From Octopus sinensis (taxonomy: Eukaryota), in assembly GCF_006345805.1 (NCBI RefSeq), contig NW_021833116.1, forward strand, positions 62,001 through 126,000: 64,000 nt of DNA, given 5' to 3'. Every line of letters begins with the position of its first letter. Position 1 is the first letter of the stretch. Of the stretch, positions 1 through 11,497 are shown one piece after another. Position numbers and translations under genes: made by a program. The notes beneath the pieces were generated by a model. That model made no database searches and was not told the DNA's origin. It saw only the letters and a program-made list of their open reading frames with translations.

Positions 1-627
1 TAACAATTCCTCCAAAGTAAGAAATATTCCGACAGTCAGCAAATTAAAAATGTCGTGAATCACTGCCCCCGCGAACGCACGTGCAAAATCACCGCGGTTT
101 TTGATGTTTCCGAAGGCGACGATGGTGTTGGTGAGGGACGTGCCAATGTTGGCCCCCATGATCACGGGAATGGCCACACTCACGGAAATTACTTAAACAC
201 ATGAAAAATGACTACTTTTATTTCCCACCATCGTGACGATTATCGAGGACGAAGCAGACGAGCTTTGGACGACGATTGTGATAAGAATTCCAATCACAAG
301 TCCCACGATTGGGTTTTTGAGCAAAGTTATTTTTTCTAGCGAACTTGAAGAGTTTCCTCCTCAAAAAATGTCAGACTCGAATTACCTCCGAGTAGTTTTA
401 AGGATGTCCCCATTAGTTTGAGAGAAAATATGAACAAGTACAAGACTGAAAATATAACTACAGTCTTTAGAAATATCCGAATATATGCAAGGATCTTATT
501 TTGGCTACCTTAGACATCAAAAACCATTTGAAGGACCTGATTTTTTTGAATTAGTGGCCAAGGGTGAATCCTCTGTGCCTAGAAAGATTTAATTTGGGAA
601 AATACGTATCTGACAAGTCATGGACAT
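1..627 (-). CDS. SLC34A: Sodium-dependent phosphate cotransporter (SLC34/NaPi-II family), 5' part; runs off the left edge
   Basis: Manual translation gives [31 protein letters not shown] [micro-intron] [23 protein letters not shown]...[19 protein letters not shown] and GANIGTS are SLC34 signature motifs. The exact start and first exons are uncertain. Confidence 0.85.
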
Positions 628-849
628 AAATTATATAAATTAGACCGATTTATTAATTTAAAATAAGACACGCTGAATTAAATTCCTAAGTATTTATTTG
701 AGAATAATTTTATTTTTAATAGCATTTAATAAAGCAAATTTAATTTCTAGTTCCTAAAAACTAAATTCATAAAAAATTCATTTGACCTATTTAGATAAAA
801 AGATTCCCAAACTCAGACTGTCCACTGTTTAAAAATGTAAAAAATTAAT

Positions 850-2343
850 TTAATGTTTCCATTGTATAGTGGACAAATCGACCCCATCCTGAACCATCTC
901 CCAAAGAGGACTACACAATAAGACCCCCCGTACCTCATTTCCCTCAGTTTATTGACCTTCTCGACCACCAAATCGACAGTATACTCCACCTGTGCTAATG
1001 TAGTAAACCTGCCTATTCCAAACCTACCAAACACTCCCCACCAACTACCGAATCGACGAATGAGCCAACTCCTCAGACGTAGCCAAGGCTCTCAGGACAT
1101 AGGACGGCTCGAGAGTACTCGACGTGCAGGCACTGCCACTACACAACCACCACTCCTAACCTCCCAGAGGAGACCGAAACATTCTTTATGGCCATCAACA
1201 GACTCTCCCCTTCCACACAACTGAAAGATATGTTCACACACCCTGCAATACACCCACACAACACACCCGGATATGAACGATCGGGGTCTCCATTTCTCTC
1301 CAGTTTGTCCAATCGAGAAAACAGTCCATCAACCAACACATTTCTGAGCATACTGACGTGTTTGTAGTCATACTAGAATAGACAACACACACCACCTCCA
1401 TCTCCTCCCCCGCGACCTTGGCAGCCTCCCCCAGTCCGACCACCAGACTGACCGGCAATGTCCCACTACGGAAACCCCGTTCCTGTCCTCCTCCACTCAT
1501 TTGGGGGGTCAGTCGCACCCTTTGAGCCCTATTCACAAAAAGTGCCCCAATCCCTTCCATATATCAACACAATACCCTTAGGACCGTATATTTTGTGCCC
1601 ACTGATAGACAGAAGGTCAATCTTGTCCTTTCTGACATCAACAGGCACCTTCCCGACCGTCTGGGCTGCATCGCAGTGAAAGAACACTTTATTCCGTCGA
1701 CACAACTCCCCTGCCAATGACAACCAACCCAAACCAATGTCCCCGATAGGCTGAACTACTCCTATTTCATTATGTACCCCCATTATCGACACCAAACACG
1801 TGTCGGGGGTGATCTCCGACTCCAATAACTACAATTCTCTACTTTCCGTGGAATACCTTCAGGTCGACGATCCCCTTCGTGTTGACGGGGAGGTAGGTGA
1901 CCCTGAAACCCTCACTTTCCAGAATCCTGCAGCAATCGAGGACACATTTGTGTTCCTGGGTTGTTTAGTTTTGTTTTTTACGATTTGTGATGTGATTATG
2001 TGTTTCCGTTTTTTTCCGTAGAAATGGGCGATTCCTTTGAGGGACAAATTGTTGGATTCCGTGGCCCCCGATGTGAATATTATTTCTGGGGATTTGCATT
2101 TATTAGACTCGCCACTTGCTCTCTGGCTCGGTCCACGGCGTGTTCGGACTCCCAGCCGTAGAAATGTGTCCGTGAGTGAGCGTTGCCAACACAGTGAGTC
2201 ATGTATGGCAACATGGCGTCCAAAACACGTGGGTCCATTGGGGTCGTGGCTTGGTAGTCCATATAGATTGGTCGGAGTATGGGAGGGGCGGTTGTGGATA
2301 GGGATTTGATGATTGTTGATATTATTCGACGGGAATTCAGCAT
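850..2343 (-). CDS. NFS1: Cysteine desulfurase NFS1 (IscS-like), 9 micro-introns of 22-28 nt
   Basis: Motifs [84 protein letters not shown]. Exons join through GT-AG introns (e.g. 1956-1981, 1024-1048). One 1-nt frameshift near 2090 in a C run, probably an error. Confidence 0.97.
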
Positions 2344-2619
2344 GTGAGAGCTTTGTAATCACCGAACAACAAGTATTGGTTTTATTTACTTAATTAGCTA
2401 AACCACGGTAAAAACCGAATGAATATTTTATTTAATAACATTTTTAAATTAATAATTTTTTAATAGATAATAATATTCAAGAAAAATCGCAAGAGTGTGG
2501 AATCGGTGAGGAGGCAAATGCACTCTTGAAAAAGACTTTGTCCTCTGAGGGCCAACGTTCACTGTACGAATGGGCAGACAGATTATTTGAATAAAAAACA
2601 ATTTTTTGTTAAAATATCA

Positions 2620-3500
2620 AGTTTAGTTATTTGATAGTTTAGATATAGTGTTACTAATTTGGTCATTCCAATCTCTGTCTCCTGTTCCCGCTCTGGGACA
2701 TATTGGCTCTGGGAGTGTCGGCATCGCTAGTATCGACACACAATGTATCGGCGTTGTCTTTTCCGACGTTATTGGTTTGTATTCTGTGTTCATATTTTGG
2801 CAAGTTGCTCTGAGAACGACAGACTGTATGTATGATTTAATTTTATCCACTAACTTCAGTTTTTGGCAATATTTCGGGTAGAATTTAGTTGTAATTGCAT
2901 CCTACGTCAAAACAATTGGTACAATTTGTACTTTGGCACTATGTAACAGTCCGATCTCACTTGCAAGTAAGTCGTATTTGTGGAGTTTTTCCACTTCCAC
3001 CTTCTGCAAGTTGTCTTGCGACGTAATTCTACTTCAATGATTGTTATCATGTTTTCTTTTTGTCATAGACAAAAATGTTCACATCTATCCAGACAGTAAA
3101 CAGATTGTTTCCGTAGGCCAGGTTTATACTCTTGCTAATCAAAGCCTGTTCTTTGGCTCATTGATATTTTCTTTTACATCCAAGTTGATTATCCGAAACA
3201 AGGGAATAATATTCCAAATAATCCGTTAATTTCGTATTTACGCATTTAGTGAAAACTTTATACAGGTTTGGCATGCATTTTATGGATCTGAGGTCTTTTG
3301 GCAAATTCGAGTTAGGCTTCTTTGGGGTGGGGTAAGTAATCCCAGTGTAAAACCAATTGTTCGGTATGTACTCTCCTTTACAAATTTTTAAGATTTCAGT
3401 ATAGATATACCAAAAAATCCTCCTACCTTGTTGGCAAGTCATTAGATGAATATAATTGACTAATGACCAGGCCAATGACTTTTTGTAAAAATACAATCGT
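2620..3500 (-). mobile_element. Degenerate non-LTR retrotransposon (R4/R2-like RT plus restriction-like endonuclease tail), internally deleted
   Basis: RT-like GITYPTPKK...DLRSIKCMPNLYKVFT...NQLGCK followed by REL-like EVEKLHKYDLLASEI...VQIVPIVL. Contains stops and frameshifts. Confidence 0.65.
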
Positions 3501-3959
3501 ATAAAAAAGTCAATTTGCTCATGTTATTTATTGAAAAAGGAATTCGGATTTAAATACAGTCAATCGGTTGAAAAAAATGTTGGCGACTATGATAGTCGAA
3601 CACATAGAAGAAGAGATACATCAGTAACCTCATAATTAAAGCAGGTCATTCGTTTCAAGACAATATGGAAAGTGCAATAAGAGTCGCAAGTGATCATAAT
3701 TTTTACTGAAAATGTCATTGAGTTTATCTAAAATTCTTTAAAACTTTACCCATTTAAGAAAAAATTTTCAATTTCGTGAGAAAAATGATTCTAATGATTG
3801 TTCATTGGAACAAAAAGCGATGTTTCAATTAATTTGCTAAGACTTAATGGCTTCCCGTCAAAATCATCTGTAACCTTATTCACCTCAGACCGAAGATAAT
3901 TTAACGCCAGTATATATACACAACGAAAAACTACCTGTCGTCAAACACACCAGAATCTT

Positions 3960-4400
3960 TGGGGTTATTTTCGATAAGTGCCTGCCTTTCCTCGGAACAT
4001 TGACTTAACATGCAGGCAAGTCAAACGCAAACTAAAAGCCCTAAAAGCCATATCAGGTTATTTTTTCGGTCAAGGAAAATTAAGCCTACTAATCTTATAT
4101 AAACAATTTGTTCGAAAATCTCTGAATTATGCCAGTTTTGGAAATTATCCCTCACTCCGCAAGAAATCACAAATAGAAACATTTGTAAGAATAGAAACAT
4201 TGATCAATCGCCTTTGGGAATGGAGCCGTTGGAGCAAGCGAGTAGTCAACAGAAAGAATGGGCAAATTGGTAGCTCGACTTAACGCAGTCAAATACGTCT
4301 ATAAATACGAAATAGGAGACCACCAAGTGACTGGCAGATGTATGGGCGATGAACCCTCCCCCATGGAAGTGAATTATTAAATCGTCAGAAATATTCTCCG
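3960..4400 (+). mobile_element. LINE relic (I/Jockey-group RT C-terminal region)
   Basis: VKRKLKALKAISG...LLILYKQFVRKSLNYAS resembles the post-RT thumb region of I-group LINEs; degenerate. Confidence 0.55.
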
Positions 4401-5160
4401 ACACACTTTCTTTATCAAAAAACTAATAAAATCACAACAAATAGAGAACATTGTAAGATATAAGTCGGACAGACACGGGATCCCCCTCAGGAGGGTGTAT
4501 CAAAAATAGGTCATTGATTTTCGGGGAATGAAAACCATCGAACAGTTTATTAAATGAAAGGCGATTCAAATTGTTAAGAAAAAACTTGAATAAGAACTAG
4601 AAATACAGTAAACAGTGGTTTTTCAGTTAAATTCCAAACATCAGTAACTGCCTGCAAGTTCACAAAATTAATAGTCAGATAATGCACGAAATTAATTTCT
4701 TTCGACTTTTATAAAGAGATTTTTAGTTTGAAGAACTTTAGGCAAGTTTTTCAAAGTCTTTATTTTACGTCCTATTTCCTTAAAAACCAAGTTTTAAATT
4801 TAGTGTCAATCTAGTAAAACGTTGACAAACATTTTCTGGCAGCAAAAATAAAATGGCTGTTGGCTCTGAATTGAAAATGCCGGGAATTCACAAAATTCTC
4901 AACACAACAATCATTAGACAACATTCGACGATTAATGTTTATCAAAAAAATATCAGAACTGAAATACACCGAAACTTCAGTCACCACAAAAATATTTAAA
5001 ACTTATATTCCTCGTTCGGTTTTCTATATCTCAAAAAGTCTTTTAGGAGAAAGTGTCAGGAGACACTGCTTTGAGATTTTAAATACTTGTCCCCCTGACA
5101 ATCCAACCCTCAAGCCAATATTCCAGAAGATTACAAATCCATCGAATAGTGATATATTAT

Positions 5161-5195
5161 GTCGCGAGCGCAGCGAGCGACCACTCAATTTCTAG
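5161..5195 (+). mobile_element. Helitron/Helentron-like 3' terminus (GC hairpin + CTAG)
   Basis: GTCGCGAGCGCAGCGAGCGAC hairpin then CTAG at 5192-5195; a near-identical motif lies on the minus strand at 9354-9384. Confidence 0.5.
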
Positions 5196-5598
5196 ATTCG
5201 ATCAATCAAAAAATCTATAAATTGACAAATCCCCAGGCTTGTATTTGGGATTAAATATATTCGATAACAAAAATTAAAATCGATGCCAAAGCAGAATGAG
5301 CTTTAAAACCGATTTCATAAATAAAAATAATATTTTAAAATTTATAATTGATATTTTAGAATAATGAGAAAAAATCTAAATGCTTCATAATTTATAAAAA
5401 TGTCAAAACAAGAATCTTCTGAAGGAGCAAGCCTGTCTGCACAGTTCATTTTTGATTAGAAGACCTAATTTTAGAGATTAAAACGAAAAAATAGCAATGA
5501 GATCTGTCAAATTATTACCCCCCTCACAACCTAAACCAAATTAGCGTTCAGTATTCATTGATTTTACTTTTTCTATTAAGGTCTACTTATTATTATTA

Positions 5599-8500
5599 TT
5601 TTTTTTTTTTTTTTTTCTTATAATAAGCCAATGTTATAAAAGAAAATATAAGTTAATTAAGGTTGCTTAAGAGCAGAAAGGATAGCGTGGCTATTACCTC
5701 TGACAACGGTTGTTGAAAGGCGTTGAAACAGCCATTCGGTCTCCCTTCTATCTTTCGTCTGAACCGAGATCAGGGATCCAAGTTTCCTAATAAAAGAGAT
5801 TGATTCCGGACCGAAGACTCCAGATGACTCCACAATAATCGGTTGCACTATGAACCTGTCCTTGAGCTCTGAATATTTTAATTTTTTAATTTTTTCGTAG
5901 TTCTGTGAAGCATATCCTGGAGAGGAGGCTGAGGCGATCAGGTTTGTCTCTGAGTAGGTGTCGGTGCAAGCGCAGTCCCAAACAAGGCACTTCCCGTTGG
6001 TGTACGGGAAAATTGTTATCCCATCAGGTCTTTTTCCGTCTGTGCGGATGAGACCAGGAGGCTCCAGCTGTGCCGGGAAACCAGCTGCATGCAAAGCGTT
6101 CTTGACAATTAGGTTCATTGCGTGATGTCTTGGAAACCGGCCTGCACTGCGTCTGCATGAGAGAGCGTGCCGTCCGAATTCGTCAACGGAAGCCCCGCAA
6201 CTACAGCGGTGCTGGCGACAGATCTTCATGCAAAGGCGTAAGGAGATTGCAATTCGCAATGTCTCGTCGTCCAGTTTGTTTCCGACTGAAGGGATAGGAC
6301 ATGCATTGAGCCACGCTCCGGATTGTTTTTGTGAAGCGCTTCTAAGGCATGCAAGACGAGATTGATCAGAGACCTCTTCCAAGTGGTGGTAAATTGACAT
6401 AGAATACAGGTCGTCCCAACATCTCTGTGAGAATGAGTTAGCAGGTGTCTTGAGGCCTTTGTTCGACCAAATTTCGATTGCCATCTGATACCAGGAGGAT
6501 GCGTTGCGTTCAGTGGAAAGGGGGAGAACAGCAACCACCAGTGAGTCACACGACAATCGAGAAGAGAGGAAAGCGGTAATGCAATATCTGCTGGGGACCG
6601 GAGACCAATGCCTCCGAATCGTATTGGAAGCGTGGCTTGGGTCCACGAGGCTTCGTCAAAACGAATGTTGCAGAGATTTTCGGCACTGTGTTTCAGCCCT
6701 GTTTCCAGTTCTTTGAGAAGTTCAGGGTTTATAAAGTAGGGGGCAGAGCGGAGAACGTGTTGTAGCTTGGGGAGTGATATGAAGTTTTTCAACAAGAAAA
6801 ACCCTTCGTGAGCGTCCAGGATGGATAGCCTGCTTGACATAAGCTCAAAAGTGGATAATTTTCCGGACAGTATTTTCTCGATTCCTTCCGAGAAAATGGG
6901 AGATCCTAAGACTTCAAGCGACCCTTTCCTGGTTATAATACCACCCGGTAAGATTGAGTGATATTTTTCCACTATAGTCGCGAAATCTTCCTCGTTGGCG
7001 TTGAGGTTTATGATCTCACATTTTGAAGGGTTCAACTGTAATCCAATTTTGTTCAGACTTACAGCGATTGATTCTATATCCAAGATGACTTGGTGAGCAG
7101 GACCACCAATAGTAATGTCATCCAGATACCAAACGTTGAGCGGTGATTTTACGGCGTGTGCTGTTGGGTTAACGCCCATGGAGAAGAGTAATGGACCAAG
7201 GGGGTCACCTTGTTGGACCCCAGAGGAGGACAAGATCGTGTGTCCGTCTATCATTAGTTCAGGTGTGCAACCGTAGCACATGCTGGCCATCGGGAGTAAT
7301 GGAATGTTATGTTTGCTGCATTCTTTAAGGAAGTATGAGCGGTCGATGCAATTAAAAGCATTTTTCATGTCCAATTTAGCAAGAATACAGTCGTTATAAG
7401 CAGAGTGTGAAAACTCTGTAAAATCCCTCACGGCGTGGACAGTGGCTTCGCAGCCACCTTTAACACCGACACCCATCTGTATGTTATGGAAAATTTTCGG
7501 AAACAGATGTGAAGACCTGGCGCAAGCGATCTTAGCCGCCAGTCTCCTGAAAACATTACCGACGGATATGGGACGGATTCCACCGTCCTTTTTATTCAGC
7601 GCGGTCAGGTTACCCGAGAGAAAAAGGGAGCGTGGGAAATCAGACAGAGACCCTTCGAGGAATGCGTTCATTAGACCACAAATATCCGTCAAAAGACGTT
7701 CTCCGGCTGCGGAAGCTGAAGAGGAGACCAGATCCATGATATGACTTGGACGGAGGCCATCGATTCCACCGCTGCTACTAGGGCGAAAAGACTTCAGGGC
7801 TCTCAACACTTCGTCTTTATCGACATGCACAAAATCATGATCTGGGCTTGGTGTTGGTACTGTTGTAGGAGAAGATGGAGTGGGATGTTTTGCTAGGAGG
7901 GACTGTAATGTTTGTTCGTCAACCCTCGCAACTTTATCGTCTGAGGAAATTATTCTCAAGGCGGCCGAGAAGTCGCCCGACATTAACTTGGAACGTACTC
8001 TCTTGCGTAGGTTTTCGTTGTGGTTTAGTCTTGGTTTTGACAGTGAGTGGCTTTCCTGAGATATTAATGTGTCGATGGAAAAGGGGAAGTAAGAAGAAAT
8101 AGATCTTTTAAGTTTGGAAGTGAAATTCCCGGGCAATTTATCTCCACGGGTCAGGCCAAGTCCGAAAAAGGGGAAGCAGAACGCTTTTGCCCAATCCTCG
8201 TCCCTGTTTGAGGACATAGCTCTGGATATCAGATGAGACAAGGCCTCCGCAGCTGCTGGACGAGCTGGTTTCGGTAAACGGATAGGGATGCTTCTCGAAT
8301 GACGATATCTTGATAGGTAGGATAGTATTGCGTTCGATGAAGTTAGTATATTGGGAGATTGATCATGGGAACTATCAAACAATGTGGGTGTGTCGTGGAA
8401 TGAGGCAGCTGCCAGGCAAGAGTTACAGTGCCATATTGGGATGCTGGAAACGGATTTCTTCGAAATCTTGAGACATCCAATATGGAAGTAAGCATGGCAT

Positions 8501-8738
8501 TTGGCGCAGTAAATGCCGTTTTTGCGGCAGTTAATTTTACTGCATTTACCACATGGTAATGGATCGTGGAAAAGGGATGACATGTAAAAATAGGAAAGAA
8601 GTATTAAGAAAGATAACAGAAATACCGACGAAAGAAATAGTAACAACTAAGACAACTCGATAATGTATTAAATTATACAAAAGATATGAAAAATAACAGA
8701 TAAATTGAAAAAAATTACACCACAACAACAACAACGTG
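5599..8738 (-). mobile_element. Full-length CRE-like non-LTR retrotransposon (copy 1) with poly(A) tail and TSD
   Basis: T-run 5599-5616 is the poly(A). TTATTATTATTA(TTT) is duplicated at 5587-5601 and 8739-8753. A single PHD-RT-REL ORF lies inside. Confidence 0.9.
5657..8583 (-). CDS. CRE-like ORF: PHD finger + reverse transcriptase + zinc knuckle + restriction-like endonuclease
   Basis: N-terminal C4HC3 (CGKC...CAKCHAYFHIGC...WHCNSC). RT motifs GIRPISVG, LDMKNAFN, GVQQGDPLGP, WYLDD. C-terminal CRCG...HALSC, RHHAMN, KRPDG. One 1-nt frameshift near 6620 joins ORFs 6226-8646 and 5657-6646. True ATG probably 8583. Confidence 0.9.
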
Positions 8739-8799
8739 TTATTATTATTATTTGCAACATACGTAGAATCATAATTAGTTATAATTTTACTCGTGCAGC

Positions 8800-9185
8800 A
8801 TTAAAAACAATCCTTTGAACCAGCCTCCTCTAACCTCCTCTGTCGTGAGCGAGTTTCCTCAGCTCGTCCAGATCCTCACCACTCCTTAGCCTTTTCTTCA
8901 CACATTCAGGTCTCCGTCAAGTGTTTCCGGCAGCGTAACACGTGGACGTCCACGGAAGCTCGATCCCTCTTTCAGGAAGTAGCCCTCCATTGCTATGTTA
9001 GCTGGGGCAAGCATGTCCATTCGTAGAATATGGCCAAATAACCTCCACCGCATATTAACGATTTCCACACTCAGAGGGCCAGTTCTGCATCTATTGTATA
9101 GCGATTCCTGGTTGATTCTTATAGGCCAGTTTCAATCCCAGTAGGGATCTAAGTTGCCTGCGGTGAAAAGAATCGAGTCCACGTT
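8800..9185 (-). mobile_element. RTE-clade LINE 3' fragment
   Basis: Frameshifted translation FHRRQLRSLLG...FRGRPRVTLPETL...LRSGEDLDELRKLAHDRGG resembles the RTE C-terminus. Confidence 0.65.
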
Positions 9186-9353
9186 GTTCAGTACTAGAGT
9201 CCACGTTATACTAAGGTCTACTTATAAATTATTTTATGGGATTCAATGGAAAACTTAAGTTATTTCAATTTTAATTTTAAATCATGTTAAAATTTTAAAT
9301 AATTTAATAAATATATTTGTTGATGATAGGCTTGTTAGGTGTCAAAGTTGCGT

Positions 9354-9384
9354 CTAGCGCTCGGTCGCGCGCTGCGCTCGCGAC
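9354..9384 (-). mobile_element. Helitron/Helentron-like 3' terminus, same family as 5161-5195
   Basis: Minus strand reads ATGTCGCGAGCGCAGCGCGCGACCGAGCGCTAG. Confidence 0.5.
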
Positions 9385-9521
9385 ATATTACTTATCAAAA
9401 CTTCACTTTAACCACAAACCAACCAGGTAATGACAGTAGACAAAATTAATAGTCCTCTATAGCCTAAACTCACAACAAATATAAGGCAATAATTTACGAA
9501 CATAGAAAAAAAGAGTACGTC

Positions 9522-10032
9522 CTAATTAGCCATGATTGTCCTGGTACATTTCCCACATGTGCTCCTATTTTTGTGTTTGGCCATCATGGATGCAGGCCCA
9601 CATTCAGGATTGGGGCACCGATCTCTCAACAACGTGACTTCTCCGTCGTTGTTGACTTTGTAGTATTTCAGAGCAGCCATCACGACTTTCTTTCTTTTGT
9701 GTTTCCTCTTCTTTGGCGTGGTGTGCTTTTTGGATTTCTTCTTCTTCTTTCCTCCCAGGAGGGGCACAATTGATGAGGGTTGACAGATCCTTTATTCCAT
9801 ACGAATCCAACGAACAATCTGCACTCAACGTTGAACCCTTGTGGCTAATATACACCTCATTGAGTGAAATTCCTTTAAATGTTCGAGAATTAAGCGGAAC
9901 CTGTCTTTATGGAAATTTGTTCAAGTAATGTTCGAGTCTGGTCGGTCTCTGAGACCTAGATTAGATGGATTAACTGAGCATTACATTACAGCACAGTGTT
10001 CCTTGAGAGGGAGTCTTCACGAATATCTGCAT
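9522..10032 (-). CDS. RPS27A: Ubiquitin-like domain fused to 40S ribosomal protein S27a (eS31), 2 micro-introns
   Basis: Starts MQIFVKT; LLGG cleavage junction; then KKKKKSKKHTTPKKRKHKRKK...LKYYKV...CPNPECG...RSTCGKC. 1-nt frameshift near 9770. Confidence 0.92.
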
Positions 10033-10082
10033 AGCTCACTAAAACACAACAGTACACGTGGTATTTATTAATTAATAAAATT

Positions 10083-10515
10083 TTTTTTTTTTTAAATGTT
10101 GAATTTCATTAATAAACGAAAAGAGTTAAAATGCGCAGCGAATCGACTGGCAATTCCCGCGCATGATGGCCAATGAGATCCTTTGAAAGAGTCTGATCGA
10201 CTCGTTGGATCTTTCGTGGCAACCACGAGCTTAGATCCAAGGCGGCGGAGAAACGATAGCGTCTGCGGACCGATGACTCCAGAGGTTCCACCGCGACTGC
10301 AGCGAATAGGTGATTCATTGGCCAGGACCCGATACTTCTTCTGTTTTGTTAGTTCCGCCTGCTTCGCAACTGAGCCCGTTCCGCATCGGAGGCAATTAGA
10401 TTCTTGGGCGGAGAAAGTGTCGGAACAGGTGGCGTCCCAGATAAGGCATTTCCCCTTTTCAAACGGGAAGATTGTCATGCCTCCGGGCGCTTACCGTCGC
10501 CTCTGTCGAGCCCGT
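10083..10515 (-). mobile_element. 5'-truncated CRE-like retrotransposon
   Basis: REL tail ([31 protein letters not shown]...RGN), T-run 10081-10093, TSD ATTAATAAAA(TT) at 10071-10082 and 10516-10527. Confidence 0.85.
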
Positions 10516-10698
10516 ATTAATAAAATTATTAATTTATTAATTTATTTAAATATTATAAGTTATAAATAATTAGTTATTTTGTATTTATAAATTAGTAACA
10601 AAATGTAGTTCTTTTTAAAAGCATCTGAATGTATTTGACTATTTTTATTAATATTTAAAATTTAATAGTAAAAAATGTTTTTTTTAATAATAAATATT

Positions 10699-11482
10699 CG
10701 GAGTGGACGTCGAAAGTCCACGCCAATACGTTTCATGCCTAAAGGAAACCATGGACCAGAGAAGGTTGGCTTGTTTACAAGCGGGCAGCCAGCCCCTAAG
10801 CGGCGCGTGCTAAACTGTTACCCTTGTATACAACTGGCTGCTTCTTAATGATGAGCCGTAAGAATTGGAGTTGTCTGCGCCTCGGTCTATCGCGTTTAAT
10901 GAAAAACAACCATTCCGGTGCGGCGTGTGGACTGACGAGTTTGGATATCACTCCCTCTCCTGTCGAAACGGAATTGGACGTTCCTCACGGCATTCCGAAC
11001 TGAACCAGATCATCTGTCGATCTCTTCGAACTGCTGGATTCCACACACAATTGGAACCTGCAGGGATTTTCGTAGAGGACGGCAGAAGACCCGATGGGAT
11101 GACACATTTCCATTCCAGAGGGGAAAGTGTCTGGTTTGGGACGTCACGTGTGTGAACTCCTTTTCTAACCAGAACATCAAATTATGCATCGAGATCCTGG
11201 AGTCCCCGTCAGAACGGGCAGAAAAGAGAAAAGCTGAGAAATACGCTGGAATTGGGAATGGGAGAGTGTTTGTCCCTGGCTGTTGAGACCTCAGGAATAC
11301 AGGGGCCTTCTACTCGGACCCTACTCCAGCGCATTGCCTCATTAATCGAAGGGTTACCGGCGACCCGTGTAGCCCGGTATTTAATCGAAAGAATATCTAT
11401 AGCCTAGTCAAGGCAATACTCTGGCTATCTGCCAATGACTATTTCTCTTTTAATTTGAAATAAATTAATAAAAAAAAAAATA
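10699..11482 (+). mobile_element. 5'-truncated, degenerate CRE-like retrotransposon
   Basis: FRCG...GYHSLSC...RHSELN...RRPDG, poly(A) at about 11470-11480, TSD AATAATAAATATT at 10686-10698 and 11483-11495. Confidence 0.85.
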
Positions 11483-11497
11483 AATAATAAATATTTA

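Noticed and set aside
952-2309. Plus-strand ORFs over NFS1, and similar antisense ORFs over Sec1, ABCF3, PITP, LSG1, CLU and the CRE elements
   Set aside because: Shadow frames of GC-richer coding DNA with no independent motifs.
6226-6620. C-terminal part of the 806-aa ORF as real protein
   Set aside because: Out-of-frame read-through after a 1-nt indel. The conserved REL domain is in the overlapping frame 5657-6646.
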